Both the position numbers and the translations under genes were made by a program. From Actinomycetes bacterium (GTDB taxonomy: Bacteria; Actinomycetota; Actinomycetes; Propionibacteriales; Propionibacteriaceae): a stretch of 64,000 nt of DNA. The stretch's first letter is position 1; every line of letters begins with the position of its first letter. The stretch covers positions 1,781 through 65,780 of the forward strand of contig JAEZHJ010000009.1 of assembly GCA_023436925.1 (NCBI GenBank), given 5' to 3'. The notes beneath the pieces are model-generated. The model was not told where the DNA came from. It saw nothing but the letters and a program-made list of their open reading frames with translations, and ran no database searches. Below are positions 12,033-19,930 of the stretch, piece after piece.

Positions 12033-13459
12033 CCATCCCGAACGTCCTGGCCACCCGGTACGCCTCGCAGGAGATGCGCCGGATCTGGTCGCCGGAGCAG
12101 AAGATCATCGCCGAACGCCGGCTGTGGCTCGCCGTGCTGGCGGCGCAGCGCGACCTCGGGGTCGACTTCGGCTCCGACGACCCCGACCAGGTGATCGCCG
12201 CGTACGAGCGGGTGGTCGACCAGGTCGACCTGGCCTCCATCAACGCCCGCGAGCGGGTCACCCGGCACGACGTGAAGGCGCGGATCGAGGAGTTCTGCGC
12301 GCTCGCCGGCTACGAGCACATCCACAAGGGGATGACCTCCCGGGACCTGACCGAGAACGTCGAGCAGCAGCAGGTGCTGGCCTCGCTGAAGCTGGTGCGG
12401 GAGCGGGTCGTCAGCGCCTTGGTGAACCTTGCCCGGCTCGCCGTGGAGTACCGCGACCTGCCGATGGCCGGCCGCTCCCACAACGTCCCGGGCCAGGTGA
12501 CCACGCTGGGCAAGCGGTTCGCGTCCGCCGCCGACGAGCTGCTGGTCGCCTTCGAGCGCCTCGATTCCCTGATCGCCCGCTACCCGTTGCGGGGCATCAA
12601 GGGGCCGATGGGGACCGCGCAGGACATGCTCGACCTGCTGGGCGGGGACGCCGAGCGGCTGGCCGAGCTGGAGGCCCGGGTCGCCGAGCACCTCGGCTTC
12701 TCCCGGGTGCTGACCGCCACCGGCCAGATCTACCCCCGCTCGCTCGACCACGACGTGCTGTCGGCCTTCGTGCAGGTGGCGGCCGGACCGTCCAGCCTGG
12801 CCCACACGATCCGGCTGATGGCGGGCCAGGAGCTGGTCACCGAGGGCTTCGCCCCCGGCCAGGTCGGCTCCTCGGCGATGCCGCACAAGATGAACACCAG
12901 GTCCTGCGAGCGGGTGAACGGCTTCGCCGTCGTGCTGCGCGGCTACGCCTCGATGACCGCCGAACTGGCCGGTGCCCAGTGGAACGAGGGCGATGTCTTC
13001 GAGTCGGTGGTGCGCCGGGTCGCGCTGCCGGACGCGAGCTACGCGATCGACGGCCTGTTCGAGACCTTCCTGACCGTGCTGGCCGAGTTCGGCGCCTTCC
13101 CGGCGGTGGTCGAGGCCGAACTGCAGCGCTACCTGCCGTTCCTGTCCACCACGAAGGTCCTGATGGCCGCGGTCCGGGCCGGGGTCGGACGCGAGGCCGC
13201 CCACGAGGCGATCAAGGAGCACGCGGTGGCGGTGGCGCTCGCGCTGCGCGAGCAGGCCGCCGACAACGACCTGCTGGAGCGGTTGGCGGCCGACCCCCGC
13301 CTCGGCCTCGATCTTGAGCAGGTGAGGGCCGCGGTCGCCGACCCGCTGTCGCTGACCGGATCGGCCGGCGACCAGGTCGACCGGATCGCAGCCCGGGTCG
13401 CCGACCTGGCCGCCGCCTATCCCGAGGCCGCCCGCTACACCCCCGGCGCCGTCCTGTAG
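12029..13459 (+). CDS. purB: Adenylosuccinate lyase
   Basis: The start overlaps the purD stop (ATGA, 12029-12032). LATRYASQEMRRIWS, GSSAMPHKMNTRSCE (fumarate-lyase signature) and a length of 476 aa all fit. Confidence 0.95.
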   Translation: MTIPNVLATRYASQEMRRIWSPEQKIIAERRLWLAVLAAQRDLGVDFGSDDPDQVIAAYERVVDQVDLASINARERVTRHDVKARIEEFCALAGYEHIHKGMTSRDLTENVEQQQVLASLKLVRERVVSALVNLARLAVEYRDLPMAGRSHNVPGQVTTLGKRFASAADELLVAFERLDSLIARYPLRGIKGPMGTAQDMLDLLGGDAERLAELEARVAEHLGFSRVLTATGQIYPRSLDHDVLSAFVQVAAGPSSLAHTIRLMAGQELVTEGFAPGQVGSSAMPHKMNTRSCERVNGFAVVLRGYASMTAELAGAQWNEGDVFESVVRRVALPDASYAIDGLFETFLTVLAEFGAFPAVVEAELQRYLPFLSTTKVLMAAVRAGVGREAAHEAIKEHAVAVALALREQAADNDLLERLAADPRLGLDLEQVRAAVADPLSLTGSAGDQVDRIAARVADLAAAYPEAARYTPGAVL

Positions 13460-13510
13460 CCGTTCGTCCGCCGTCGGCGGGCACGGGGAAACACCGGCCG
13501 GGCCGCGCAC

Positions 13511-13516
13511 TACGCT
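13511..13516 (+). promoter_or_regulatory. -10 hexamer TACGCT, 6 nt upstream of GTG 13523 (leaderless purC)
   Basis: TACGCT 13511-13516, spacer gaccgc, GTG 13523. Confidence 0.4.
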
Positions 13517-13522
13517 GACCGC

Positions 13523-14377
13523 GTGCCCGATCTGCCCCTGCTCCACGCCGGCAAGGTGCGCCGGCTCTACGACGCCGGCCCGGGGCGGATCCTGCTGGTC
13601 GCCACCGACGCCATCTCCGCGTTCGACCACGTCCTGAGCACCCCGATCCCCGACAAGGGGCGGGTGCTCACCCAGCTCTCGCTGTGGTGGTTCGAGCAGC
13701 TCGCCGATCTGGGCGAGAACCATGTGCTGTCGACCGACGTGCCGGCCGAGGTCGCCGGACGGGCCGTGTACGTCGAGGCGCTGGACATGGTTCCGGTCGA
13801 GTGCGTCGCCCGCGGCTACCTGACCGGCTCCGGCTGGAAGGAATACCGGGCGACCGGCTCGGTGACCGGCATCCCGCTGCCGCCGGGACTGGTGGACGGT
13901 TCCCGGCTGCCCGAGCCGATCTTCACCCCCGCGGTGAAGGCCCCGCTGGGCGAGCATGACGAGAACGTCGACTTCGCCACCCTCACCCGGCTGCACGGTG
14001 CCGAACTCGCCGGCCGGCTGCGGACGGCGACCCTCGCCCTCTACGCCCGCGCAGAGGAGATCGCCCGCGACCGCGGGATCATCCTGGCCGACACCAAGTT
14101 CGAGTTCGGGCTGCGGCCCGACGGCACCCTGGTGCTGGCCGACGAGGTGCTCACCCCCGACTCCTCGCGGTTCTGGGACGCCGCCGGCTGGCAGCCCGGC
14201 CGGTCGCTGCCGAGCTTCGACAAGCAGTTCGTGCGGGACTGGCTGCAGCACGACTCCGGCTGGGACCCGGCCTCCGACGTCGCGCCGCCGCCGCTGCCGG
14301 CCGACGTCGTCGCGGCCACCCGGGACCGCTATCTGGAGGCGTACCGCCGCCTGGTGGGCCGTCCGCTGCCGGCCTGA
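13523..14377 (+). CDS. purC: SAICAR synthetase
   Basis: The 284-aa ORF contains GKVRRLYD, ATDAISAFD, VECVARGYLTGSGWKEY, LADTKFEFG and DSSRFWD, as in the long actinobacterial PurC type. Confidence 0.95.
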   Translation: MPDLPLLHAGKVRRLYDAGPGRILLVATDAISAFDHVLSTPIPDKGRVLTQLSLWWFEQLADLGENHVLSTDVPAEVAGRAVYVEALDMVPVECVARGYLTGSGWKEYRATGSVTGIPLPPGLVDGSRLPEPIFTPAVKAPLGEHDENVDFATLTRLHGAELAGRLRTATLALYARAEEIARDRGIILADTKFEFGLRPDGTLVLADEVLTPDSSRFWDAAGWQPGRSLPSFDKQFVRDWLQHDSGWDPASDVAPPPLPADVVAATRDRYLEAYRRLVGRPLPA

Positions 14378-14518
14378 CCGACGCTGCCGGGGCAGTCTCG
14401 ACCGGGCGTCTCGACTGTTCACCTTTTTCTCAGGAAGAAGCTGGCAATCAGGGCCGACTTGTGTATTCTCCTGAGCGAAAGCTGAGATTCGGCTTAGAGA
14501 ACCCCGGAGGCATCCCCC

Positions 14519-15616
14519 ATGCGACGCGTTCGACCCCTGGTGGCCCTGCTGGCCGGTCTGGTCTCGACCTTCCTGCTGGTGGGTGCCGCGCCGGCACCGG
14601 CAGCCGGTGCCCCGGCCCAGCCGGTGCAGGTCGCCCCGGCCGCGGTCACGCCGCAGGTCGAGCCCGAGGTCGAGCCGGTGGCGGCCACCCCGTTGCGCGT
14701 GGCCAGCTTCAACGTCCGCTGCGCGAACTGCTCCCGCAACGACCGCACCAACAAGCGGGAGAAGAACTGGGAGGTCCGCCGGACCAAGGTGATCTCCCAG
14801 ATCAAGGCCGAGAAGGTGGACGTGATCGGCGTCCAGGAGGCCTCGCCCGGCATCCTCAAGGGCACCAAGACCTCCCAGTTCGAGGACCTCGCCAAGCGGC
14901 TCGGCGAGCCCTACCAGCTGACGAACACCTACCGGTACGGCTGCGCCCGCAGCACCAGCTACAAGAGCTGCACGAAGGTCGACAACGGCGCCAGCGCCGA
15001 CGTCCGGATCATCTACAACACCGAGCGGCTCGAGTTGCTCGACCAGGGCTCCAAGCAGCTCGACAAGGAGAAGGCCACCTCCGGCCCCCGCTTCCTGGCC
15101 TGGGCGATCTTCCAGGACCGGACCGACGGCCGGAAGTTCTTCTTCGCCAACGCCCACACCGAGCCCGGTCAGAGCAAGGCCAAGCGTGCGCTGCGCAAGC
15201 GCCAGGCGAACCTGATCGTGTCGACCATCAAGGCCAACAACCCCGACAACCTGCCGGTCGTCCTGGTCGGTGACTTCTCCTCGACCAAGCTCACCTCGGC
15301 CAACACCGTCTACGACGTGCTGATGAAGTCCGGGCTCGTGATCGATCCGCTGGGCAACACCAAGAAGCAGAAGTCCACCAAGAAGGCCACCGCCGAGAAG
15401 CTCACCAACGTGAAGTACTTCACGCTGAACAACTTCAAGAGCAAGCCGACCAGCTACAAGGGCTACGCCCTGGGCGCCCACATCGACTACATCCTGGTGT
15501 CGAAGTCGATCCGGGTGCTGGAGTACAAGGTGGTGCTGAGCGTGAAGAACGGCAAGTTCTCCGGCGTCATCCCCTCCGACCACAACATGGTGCGGGCGAC
15601 GATCCTGTTGCCCTGA
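14519..15616 (+). CDS. Secreted endonuclease/exonuclease/phosphatase (EEP) family protein
   Basis: A GGAGG ribosome-binding site precedes the start. A signal peptide (LVALLAGLVSTFLLVGAAPAPAAGA) is followed by EEP blocks: ASFNVR, IGVQE, GDFSS, PSDHNMV. The protein is visibly Lys-rich relative to its neighbours. Confidence 0.8.
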   Translation: MRRVRPLVALLAGLVSTFLLVGAAPAPAAGAPAQPVQVAPAAVTPQVEPEVEPVAATPLRVASFNVRCANCSRNDRTNKREKNWEVRRTKVISQIKAEKVDVIGVQEASPGILKGTKTSQFEDLAKRLGEPYQLTNTYRYGCARSTSYKSCTKVDNGASADVRIIYNTERLELLDQGSKQLDKEKATSGPRFLAWAIFQDRTDGRKFFFANAHTEPGQSKAKRALRKRQANLIVSTIKANNPDNLPVVLVGDFSSTKLTSANTVYDVLMKSGLVIDPLGNTKKQKSTKKATAEKLTNVKYFTLNNFKSKPTSYKGYALGAHIDYILVSKSIRVLEYKVVLSVKNGKFSGVIPSDHNMVRATILLP

Positions 15617-16151
15617 CCTCGACAGGCGACGACCGAGCCGCCGCGCCCTCACCGTCGGCGGCCGGTGTCGGATCAGGGTCGAGCGTGAGCGTGAAGAACG
15701 AGCTGTTCGGGTCAGGACGGTAGTCAGCGAAGGGCGGGCACGGCACGAACCCGGCTCGCTGGTAGAGCCGGCGGGCCGGCTCGAAGAAGGCCATCGAGCC
15801 GGTCTCCAGGCTCAGCCGCCTGTACCCGCGCCGCCGCGCCTCGGCCAGGACGTGGTCGAGCAGCCGTCCGCCCAGGCCCAGGCCGCGGGCACCGGCCGCG
15901 ACCCGCATCGACTTCAGCTCGCCGTGGTGCGGGTCCAGCTGCTTCAGCGCGACGCAGCCCTGGACCCGACCGGCCACGGTCAGCGTCCAGAAGGTCACCC
16001 TCGGGTCGGCCAGCCCGGACACGTCAAGGGCGTGGACGCTGTGCGCCGGCGAGGTGGCGTGCATGTCGGCCAGGTGTTCACCCAGCAGCCGCAGCACTTC
16101 GGGATCGGCCAGGTCGCCCGCGCCGATCGCCACCTCCTCGACAGGCGTCAT
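15567..16151 (-). CDS. GNAT-family N-acetyltransferase
   Basis: The acetyl-CoA-binding block is present (VAAGARGLGLGGRLLDHVLAEARRRGYRRLSLET) along with YQRAGF. The last ~35 codons are a low-complexity tail that overlaps the 3' end of the convergent EEP gene by 50 nt. Confidence 0.8.
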   Translation of the reverse strand: MTPVEEVAIGAGDLADPEVLRLLGEHLADMHATSPAHSVHALDVSGLADPRVTFWTLTVAGRVQGCVALKQLDPHHGELKSMRVAAGARGLGLGGRLLDHVLAEARRRGYRRLSLETGSMAFFEPARRLYQRAGFVPCPPFADYRPDPNSSFFTLTLDPDPTPAADGEGAAARSSPVEVRATGSSPAPCCGRRG

Positions 16152-16267
16152 GACCGCGCAGTCTGGCAGCCCAACGGCTCACCCCCCGCCGCCATCCATG
16201 GGCCGGTCGCCCGTCCCGGCCAGGCGTCATGCCGTGGGCGGGCGGCCGAACGCCACGCCGGGTTGGT

Positions 16268-16273
16268 TACACT
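16268..16273 (+). promoter_or_regulatory. -10 hexamer TACACT, 6 nt upstream of ATG 16280 (leaderless purS)
   Basis: TACACT 16268-16273, spacer cccggc, ATG 16280. Confidence 0.4.
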
Positions 16274-16279
16274 CCCGGC

Positions 16280-16522
16280 ATGCCACGAGTGATCGTCGAT
16301 GTCATGCCCAAGCCCGAGATCCTTGATCCGCAGGGCAAGGCGGTGACCGGCGCACTGACCCGGCTCGGCTTCAGCGGGCTGTCGGTCCGCCAGGGCAAGC
16401 GGTTCGAGATCGAGGTGGACGGCGACCTCACGCCGGAGCGGATGGAGCAGATTCGCGAGGCGGCGCAGACCCTGCTGGCCAACACCGTGATCGAGTCCTT
16501 CGATGTCCGGGTGGACGGGTGA
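16280..16522 (+). CDS. purS: FGAM synthase subunit PurS
   Basis: Internal Met of track ORF 16229..16522. The 80-aa product ([22 protein letters not shown]...FDVRVDG) has typical PurS length and pattern and lies immediately upstream of purQ. Confidence 0.9.
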   Translation: MPRVIVDVMPKPEILDPQGKAVTGALTRLGFSGLSVRQGKRFEIEVDGDLTPERMEQIREAAQTLLANTVIESFDVRVDG

Positions 16523-17199
16523 CCGCCCGGATCGGCGTCGTCACCTTCCCCGGCAGCCTCGACGACGGGGACGCCGCCCGGGCCGTCCGGCTGAGCGGGG
16601 CGGAGCCGGTCGCCCTGTGGCACGCCAGCGACGACCTGCAGGGGGTTGACGCGGTCATCCTGCCCGGCGGCTTCTCCTACGGCGACTACCTGCGGTGCGG
16701 TGCGATCGCCCGGTTCTCCCCGGTGATGGACGAGGTGATCCGACGGGCGGGGGAGGGCCTTCCGGTGCTCGGCATCTGCAACGGCTTCCAGGTGCTGTGC
16801 GAGGCGCACCTGCTGCCCGGAGCCCTGATCCGCAACGACCGGCGAACCTTCGTCTGCCGCGACCAGCGGCTGCGGGTGGAGTCCCGCGACACCGTGTGGA
16901 CCTGCGACTACGCCGAGGGCGCGGAGATCGTCATCGCGCTGAAGAACGGCGAGGGCAACTACCAGGCCGACGCCGAGACCATCGCCCGCCTCGAGGGCGA
17001 GAACCGGGTGGTCTTCCGCTACCTGGACGGCAACCCCAACGGGTCGGTGAACGACATCGCCGGGATCACCAACGCCCGCGGCAATGTCGTCGGCCTGATG
17101 CCGCACCCCGAGCACAACGTCGACCCGCTGGCCGGGGCCTCGACCGACGGACTGGCCATGTTCGGCAGCATCCAGTCCTTCCTGGCGGCGGTCGGCTGA
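16519..17199 (+). CDS. purQ: FGAM synthase glutaminase subunit PurQ
   Basis: GTGA overlap with the purS stop (16519-16522). [32 protein letters not shown] (catalytic Cys) and MPHPEH are present. Confidence 0.95.
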   Translation: MTARIGVVTFPGSLDDGDAARAVRLSGAEPVALWHASDDLQGVDAVILPGGFSYGDYLRCGAIARFSPVMDEVIRRAGEGLPVLGICNGFQVLCEAHLLPGALIRNDRRTFVCRDQRLRVESRDTVWTCDYAEGAEIVIALKNGEGNYQADAETIARLEGENRVVFRYLDGNPNGSVNDIAGITNARGNVVGLMPHPEHNVDPLAGASTDGLAMFGSIQSFLAAVG

Positions 17200-17209
17200 G
17201 CCACGCCGG

Positions 17210-19000
17210 TCAGGACCCGGAGGTCAGCCTCGCCGGCTGCCGGTCGGCCCGAGTGCGCTCCTCCGGCCCGACCAGGACGGCGGGCAGCCACCCGCGCACG
17301 GCATTGAGGAAGGCCACCCCCTCCACCCGGGCCAGGTCGGCCAGGCTCACCTCGGCCTCGATCAGGGTCCCGGCGGCCAGCCACGCCTCCCGCTCCACCC
17401 CCGGCAGCAGCCCGGCGGTGGCCGGTGGAGTCACCCAGCGGCCGTCGATCCGGAAGGCCAGGTTCCCCAGCGTCGCCTCGGTCACCCGGGCGTCGGGGGT
17501 GTGGCAGATGACGTCGAAGGCGCCGGGCGGACGCCGGTCTCGCAGCCGCTGGTAGTGGGTCCGCCAGGTCGTCTTGTGGGCGACCACCGGACGCAGGCTC
17601 GCCACGTCCAGCGGCTCGGTCGCCAGCGCCAGCGGCACCGGGTCCGGAAAGTCCTCCAGCGGCCCGATCCCCACCCGCACGGTGGCGTCGCCGGCGGTCA
17701 GCCGTACCCGGTGGCGGCCGGACGGGTGCGCTGCGGCGAGGTCCGCCAGCGCCTGCCGGGCCCGGGCGAGGTCGACCCCGAGGCCGAGCGCCGCCTCCGT
17801 CCGGGCCAGCCGCGCCAGGTGGCCGGTCAGCCGCGGGTACTCCCCGTCGACCAGCAGCAGGGTCTCCAGCGCGGCCGGTGGTGTCCCGCCCAGGAACCGG
17901 GCCTTCGCCCGCCACTCGGCCAGCTCGCCGGCCGGGTCCGAGTCGGCGACGATCCCCGAGCCCACACCGCACTCCAGGCGGCCGGCCCGCCGTTCGACGG
18001 TCCGGATGGCGACGTTGAAGATCGCCTCGCCGCCGGGGCGGAGCACGCCGAGCGTGCCGCAGTACCAGCCGCGCGGCCGGCCCTCCAGGCCCGCGATGAG
18101 CTGCATCGCGCGGATCTTCGGTGCCCCGGTGACCGACCCGCACGGGAAGAGGGCGGCGAAGACGTCGACCAGTCCGGTGCCGGGCGTGGCCCGGCCGCTG
18201 ACCGTGGAGACGAGCTGCCACAGCGTGGGCAGCCGCACGAGGTCGAACAGGGCGTCCACCCGCACCGTCCCGGGCAGGCAGACCCGGCCCAGGTCGTTGC
18301 GCAGCAGGTCGACGATCATCAGGTTCTCGGCCCGCTCCTTGGGGTCCTCGCGCAGCCGCTGCGGCGAGGTGTCGGACGGCGCCGTCCCCTTCATCGGCTG
18401 GGTCACCAGCCGGCCGTCGGGGTGGGCATGGACGAACAGCTCGGGAGAGGCGCTGGCGACCCCGGCCCCGGCCAGGAAGACCGCGTAGCCGCCGGGCTGG
18501 GCCGCGGCCAGCTCCCGGAAGGTCGGGTACAGGTCGGCGGCGGTCTCTCCGGGCGCCACCATCCGGCCGGTCAGGTTCACCTGGTAGCAGTCCCCGGCGG
18601 CGATGTGGGCCTGGACGGCGCAGACCGCGGCGGCCGGGCCCCCGGCGGTGAACTCCGCCGCCGGGAACCAGTCCGGCCGGACGGGGGCGGGTGCCCCCGG
18701 CCAAGGAACCGGTTCGCCGGTGAAGACCTCGAACCGGGCCAGCTCGCCGTCCCCGGCGTGGGTGGTCTGGGCGCGGTCCCAGGCCGCGCCGGCCTCGTAG
18801 CGAAGACCGCCGACCACCCAGCCACCCGCCAGGGCGGCTGCCTGGGCCGCCGCCACCACCGCCGGCACCTCCTCCAACCGGGATGTCGCCAGGACGCGGT
18901 CGGGCGGACTGGTGAAGGCGCCCCTCAGGCGGGGGCCGTCCCGGTCGCCGGGGTCCAGCGGCACGTCGAAGGCCGCGTGCACCAACTGTCCCCGGGTCAT
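17210..19000 (-). CDS. pabB: Aminodeoxychorismate synthase component I fused to a class-IV aminotransferase (ADC lyase, PabC-like) domain
   Basis: The N-terminal ~390 aa carry chorismate-binding motifs (SPELFV, PMKGT, NLMIVDLLRNDLGRV, GSVTGAPKIRAMQLI, GVGSGIVADSDP). The C-terminal ~200 aa carry class-IV aminotransferase motifs (HKTTWRTHY, EATLGNLAF, LLPGVEREAWL, LNAVRGW). Confidence 0.8.
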   Translation of the reverse strand: MTRGQLVHAAFDVPLDPGDRDGPRLRGAFTSPPDRVLATSRLEEVPAVVAAAQAAALAGGWVVGGLRYEAGAAWDRAQTTHAGDGELARFEVFTGEPVPWPGAPAPVRPDWFPAAEFTAGGPAAAVCAVQAHIAAGDCYQVNLTGRMVAPGETAADLYPTFRELAAAQPGGYAVFLAGAGVASASPELFVHAHPDGRLVTQPMKGTAPSDTSPQRLREDPKERAENLMIVDLLRNDLGRVCLPGTVRVDALFDLVRLPTLWQLVSTVSGRATPGTGLVDVFAALFPCGSVTGAPKIRAMQLIAGLEGRPRGWYCGTLGVLRPGGEAIFNVAIRTVERRAGRLECGVGSGIVADSDPAGELAEWRAKARFLGGTPPAALETLLLVDGEYPRLTGHLARLARTEAALGLGVDLARARQALADLAAAHPSGRHRVRLTAGDATVRVGIGPLEDFPDPVPLALATEPLDVASLRPVVAHKTTWRTHYQRLRDRRPPGAFDVICHTPDARVTEATLGNLAFRIDGRWVTPPATAGLLPGVEREAWLAAGTLIEAEVSLADLARVEGVAFLNAVRGWLPAVLVGPEERTRADRQPARLTSGS

Positions 19001-19031
19001 GCGGCCAAGCCTGCCAGCCCGTCGGGGCAGC

Positions 19032-19826
19032 TCAGCGCCGTGCCACCCTCGAGGTGGTGAAGTCCAGCGGATCGGTCCGCGGGCCGGACGCCAGCGCGGT
19101 GCCGTGACCGGCGCAGGCGTCCTCCAACCCGTCGGCGGTCACCGGGTCGGCCACCAGGTGGTCGACCGCGGCAGCCGCGGCGGCGGCGAGCCCGGCCCGG
19201 CCCGGGACGACCTGGACCAGGTCGGCCGGCAGCCGGGAGGCGGCTAGGAGCCGGGTCAGGAACAAGGCGGTGAACCCGCAGCGCAGCTCCGGGAGGAGGA
19301 CCACGCCGTTGCCGGCGACCAGGGCCGCCGTCGCCGTGACCGGGTCGAACGGGGCAGCCGGATCGGGGACGATGCCGACCACCCCCCGCGGCTCGTGGCG
19401 CTCGACGGCGGTGGTGCGCAGCCCGGTGCGGTGGCGCACTGGCCGCAGGACGCGCATCCCCGCCCGGGCGACCCGCAGGCTTTCGGGGCCCGAACGGGCG
19501 ACCTGGTCCTCGGCTGTCGCGGGGTCGATGCCGGTCTCGGCCCGCAGCACCTCGGCCATCGGGTGGCGGTAGGAGTCGAGCAGGCCGACCAGCCGTTTGA
19601 AGGGTGCCAGCCGGAACGCGACCGGCATCGCCGCCCAGGCCCGCTGCGCGCTCCCGGCCCGGCGGACGGCCTCGGCCAGGTCCCCGGCCGTCCCGACCGG
19701 CAAGGCGCCCAGGGGGCTGCCGTCCACCACCGAGCACAGCTGCGCCGACTCGGTGGCATGCGGGGTACAGGCCAGGCCGGCGAGCCCTCCGGTGGGCCGT
19801 TCCCCCAGGAACGCGATTGCTGGCAA
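19032..19826 (-). CDS. Aldehyde-dehydrogenase-family fragment (N-terminal / cofactor-binding half only); possibly a degenerate gene
   Basis: The 264 codons start at a TTG with a GGAG ribosome-binding site. The sequence aligns by eye with the first half of ALDHs (DLAEAVRRAGSAQRAW, PRGVVGIVPDPAAPF, ALVAGNGVVLLPE, LPADLVQVVPG). It stops before the catalytic Glu/Cys region, 31 nt upstream of pabB. Confidence 0.45.
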   Translation of the reverse strand: MPAIAFLGERPTGGLAGLACTPHATESAQLCSVVDGSPLGALPVGTAGDLAEAVRRAGSAQRAWAAMPVAFRLAPFKRLVGLLDSYRHPMAEVLRAETGIDPATAEDQVARSGPESLRVARAGMRVLRPVRHRTGLRTTAVERHEPRGVVGIVPDPAAPFDPVTATAALVAGNGVVLLPELRCGFTALFLTRLLAASRLPADLVQVVPGRAGLAAAAAAAVDHLVADPVTADGLEDACAGHGTALASGPRTDPLDFTTSRVARR

Positions 19827-19917
19827 GGCGGCTCCTGTTCCAGGGACTTGGCCCAGCGTAAGGCCGGGCCGCCTCCAACCGCCTCGGACGCGGCCGGATG
19901 TGGACGTCTTGCCGGGG

Positions 19918-19923
19918 TAGATT
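19918..19923 (+). promoter_or_regulatory. -10 hexamer TAGATT, 7 nt upstream of GTG 19931 (leaderless purL)
   Basis: TAGATT 19918-19923, spacer gacgcgc, GTG 19931. Confidence 0.4.
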
Positions 19924-19930
19924 GACGCGC

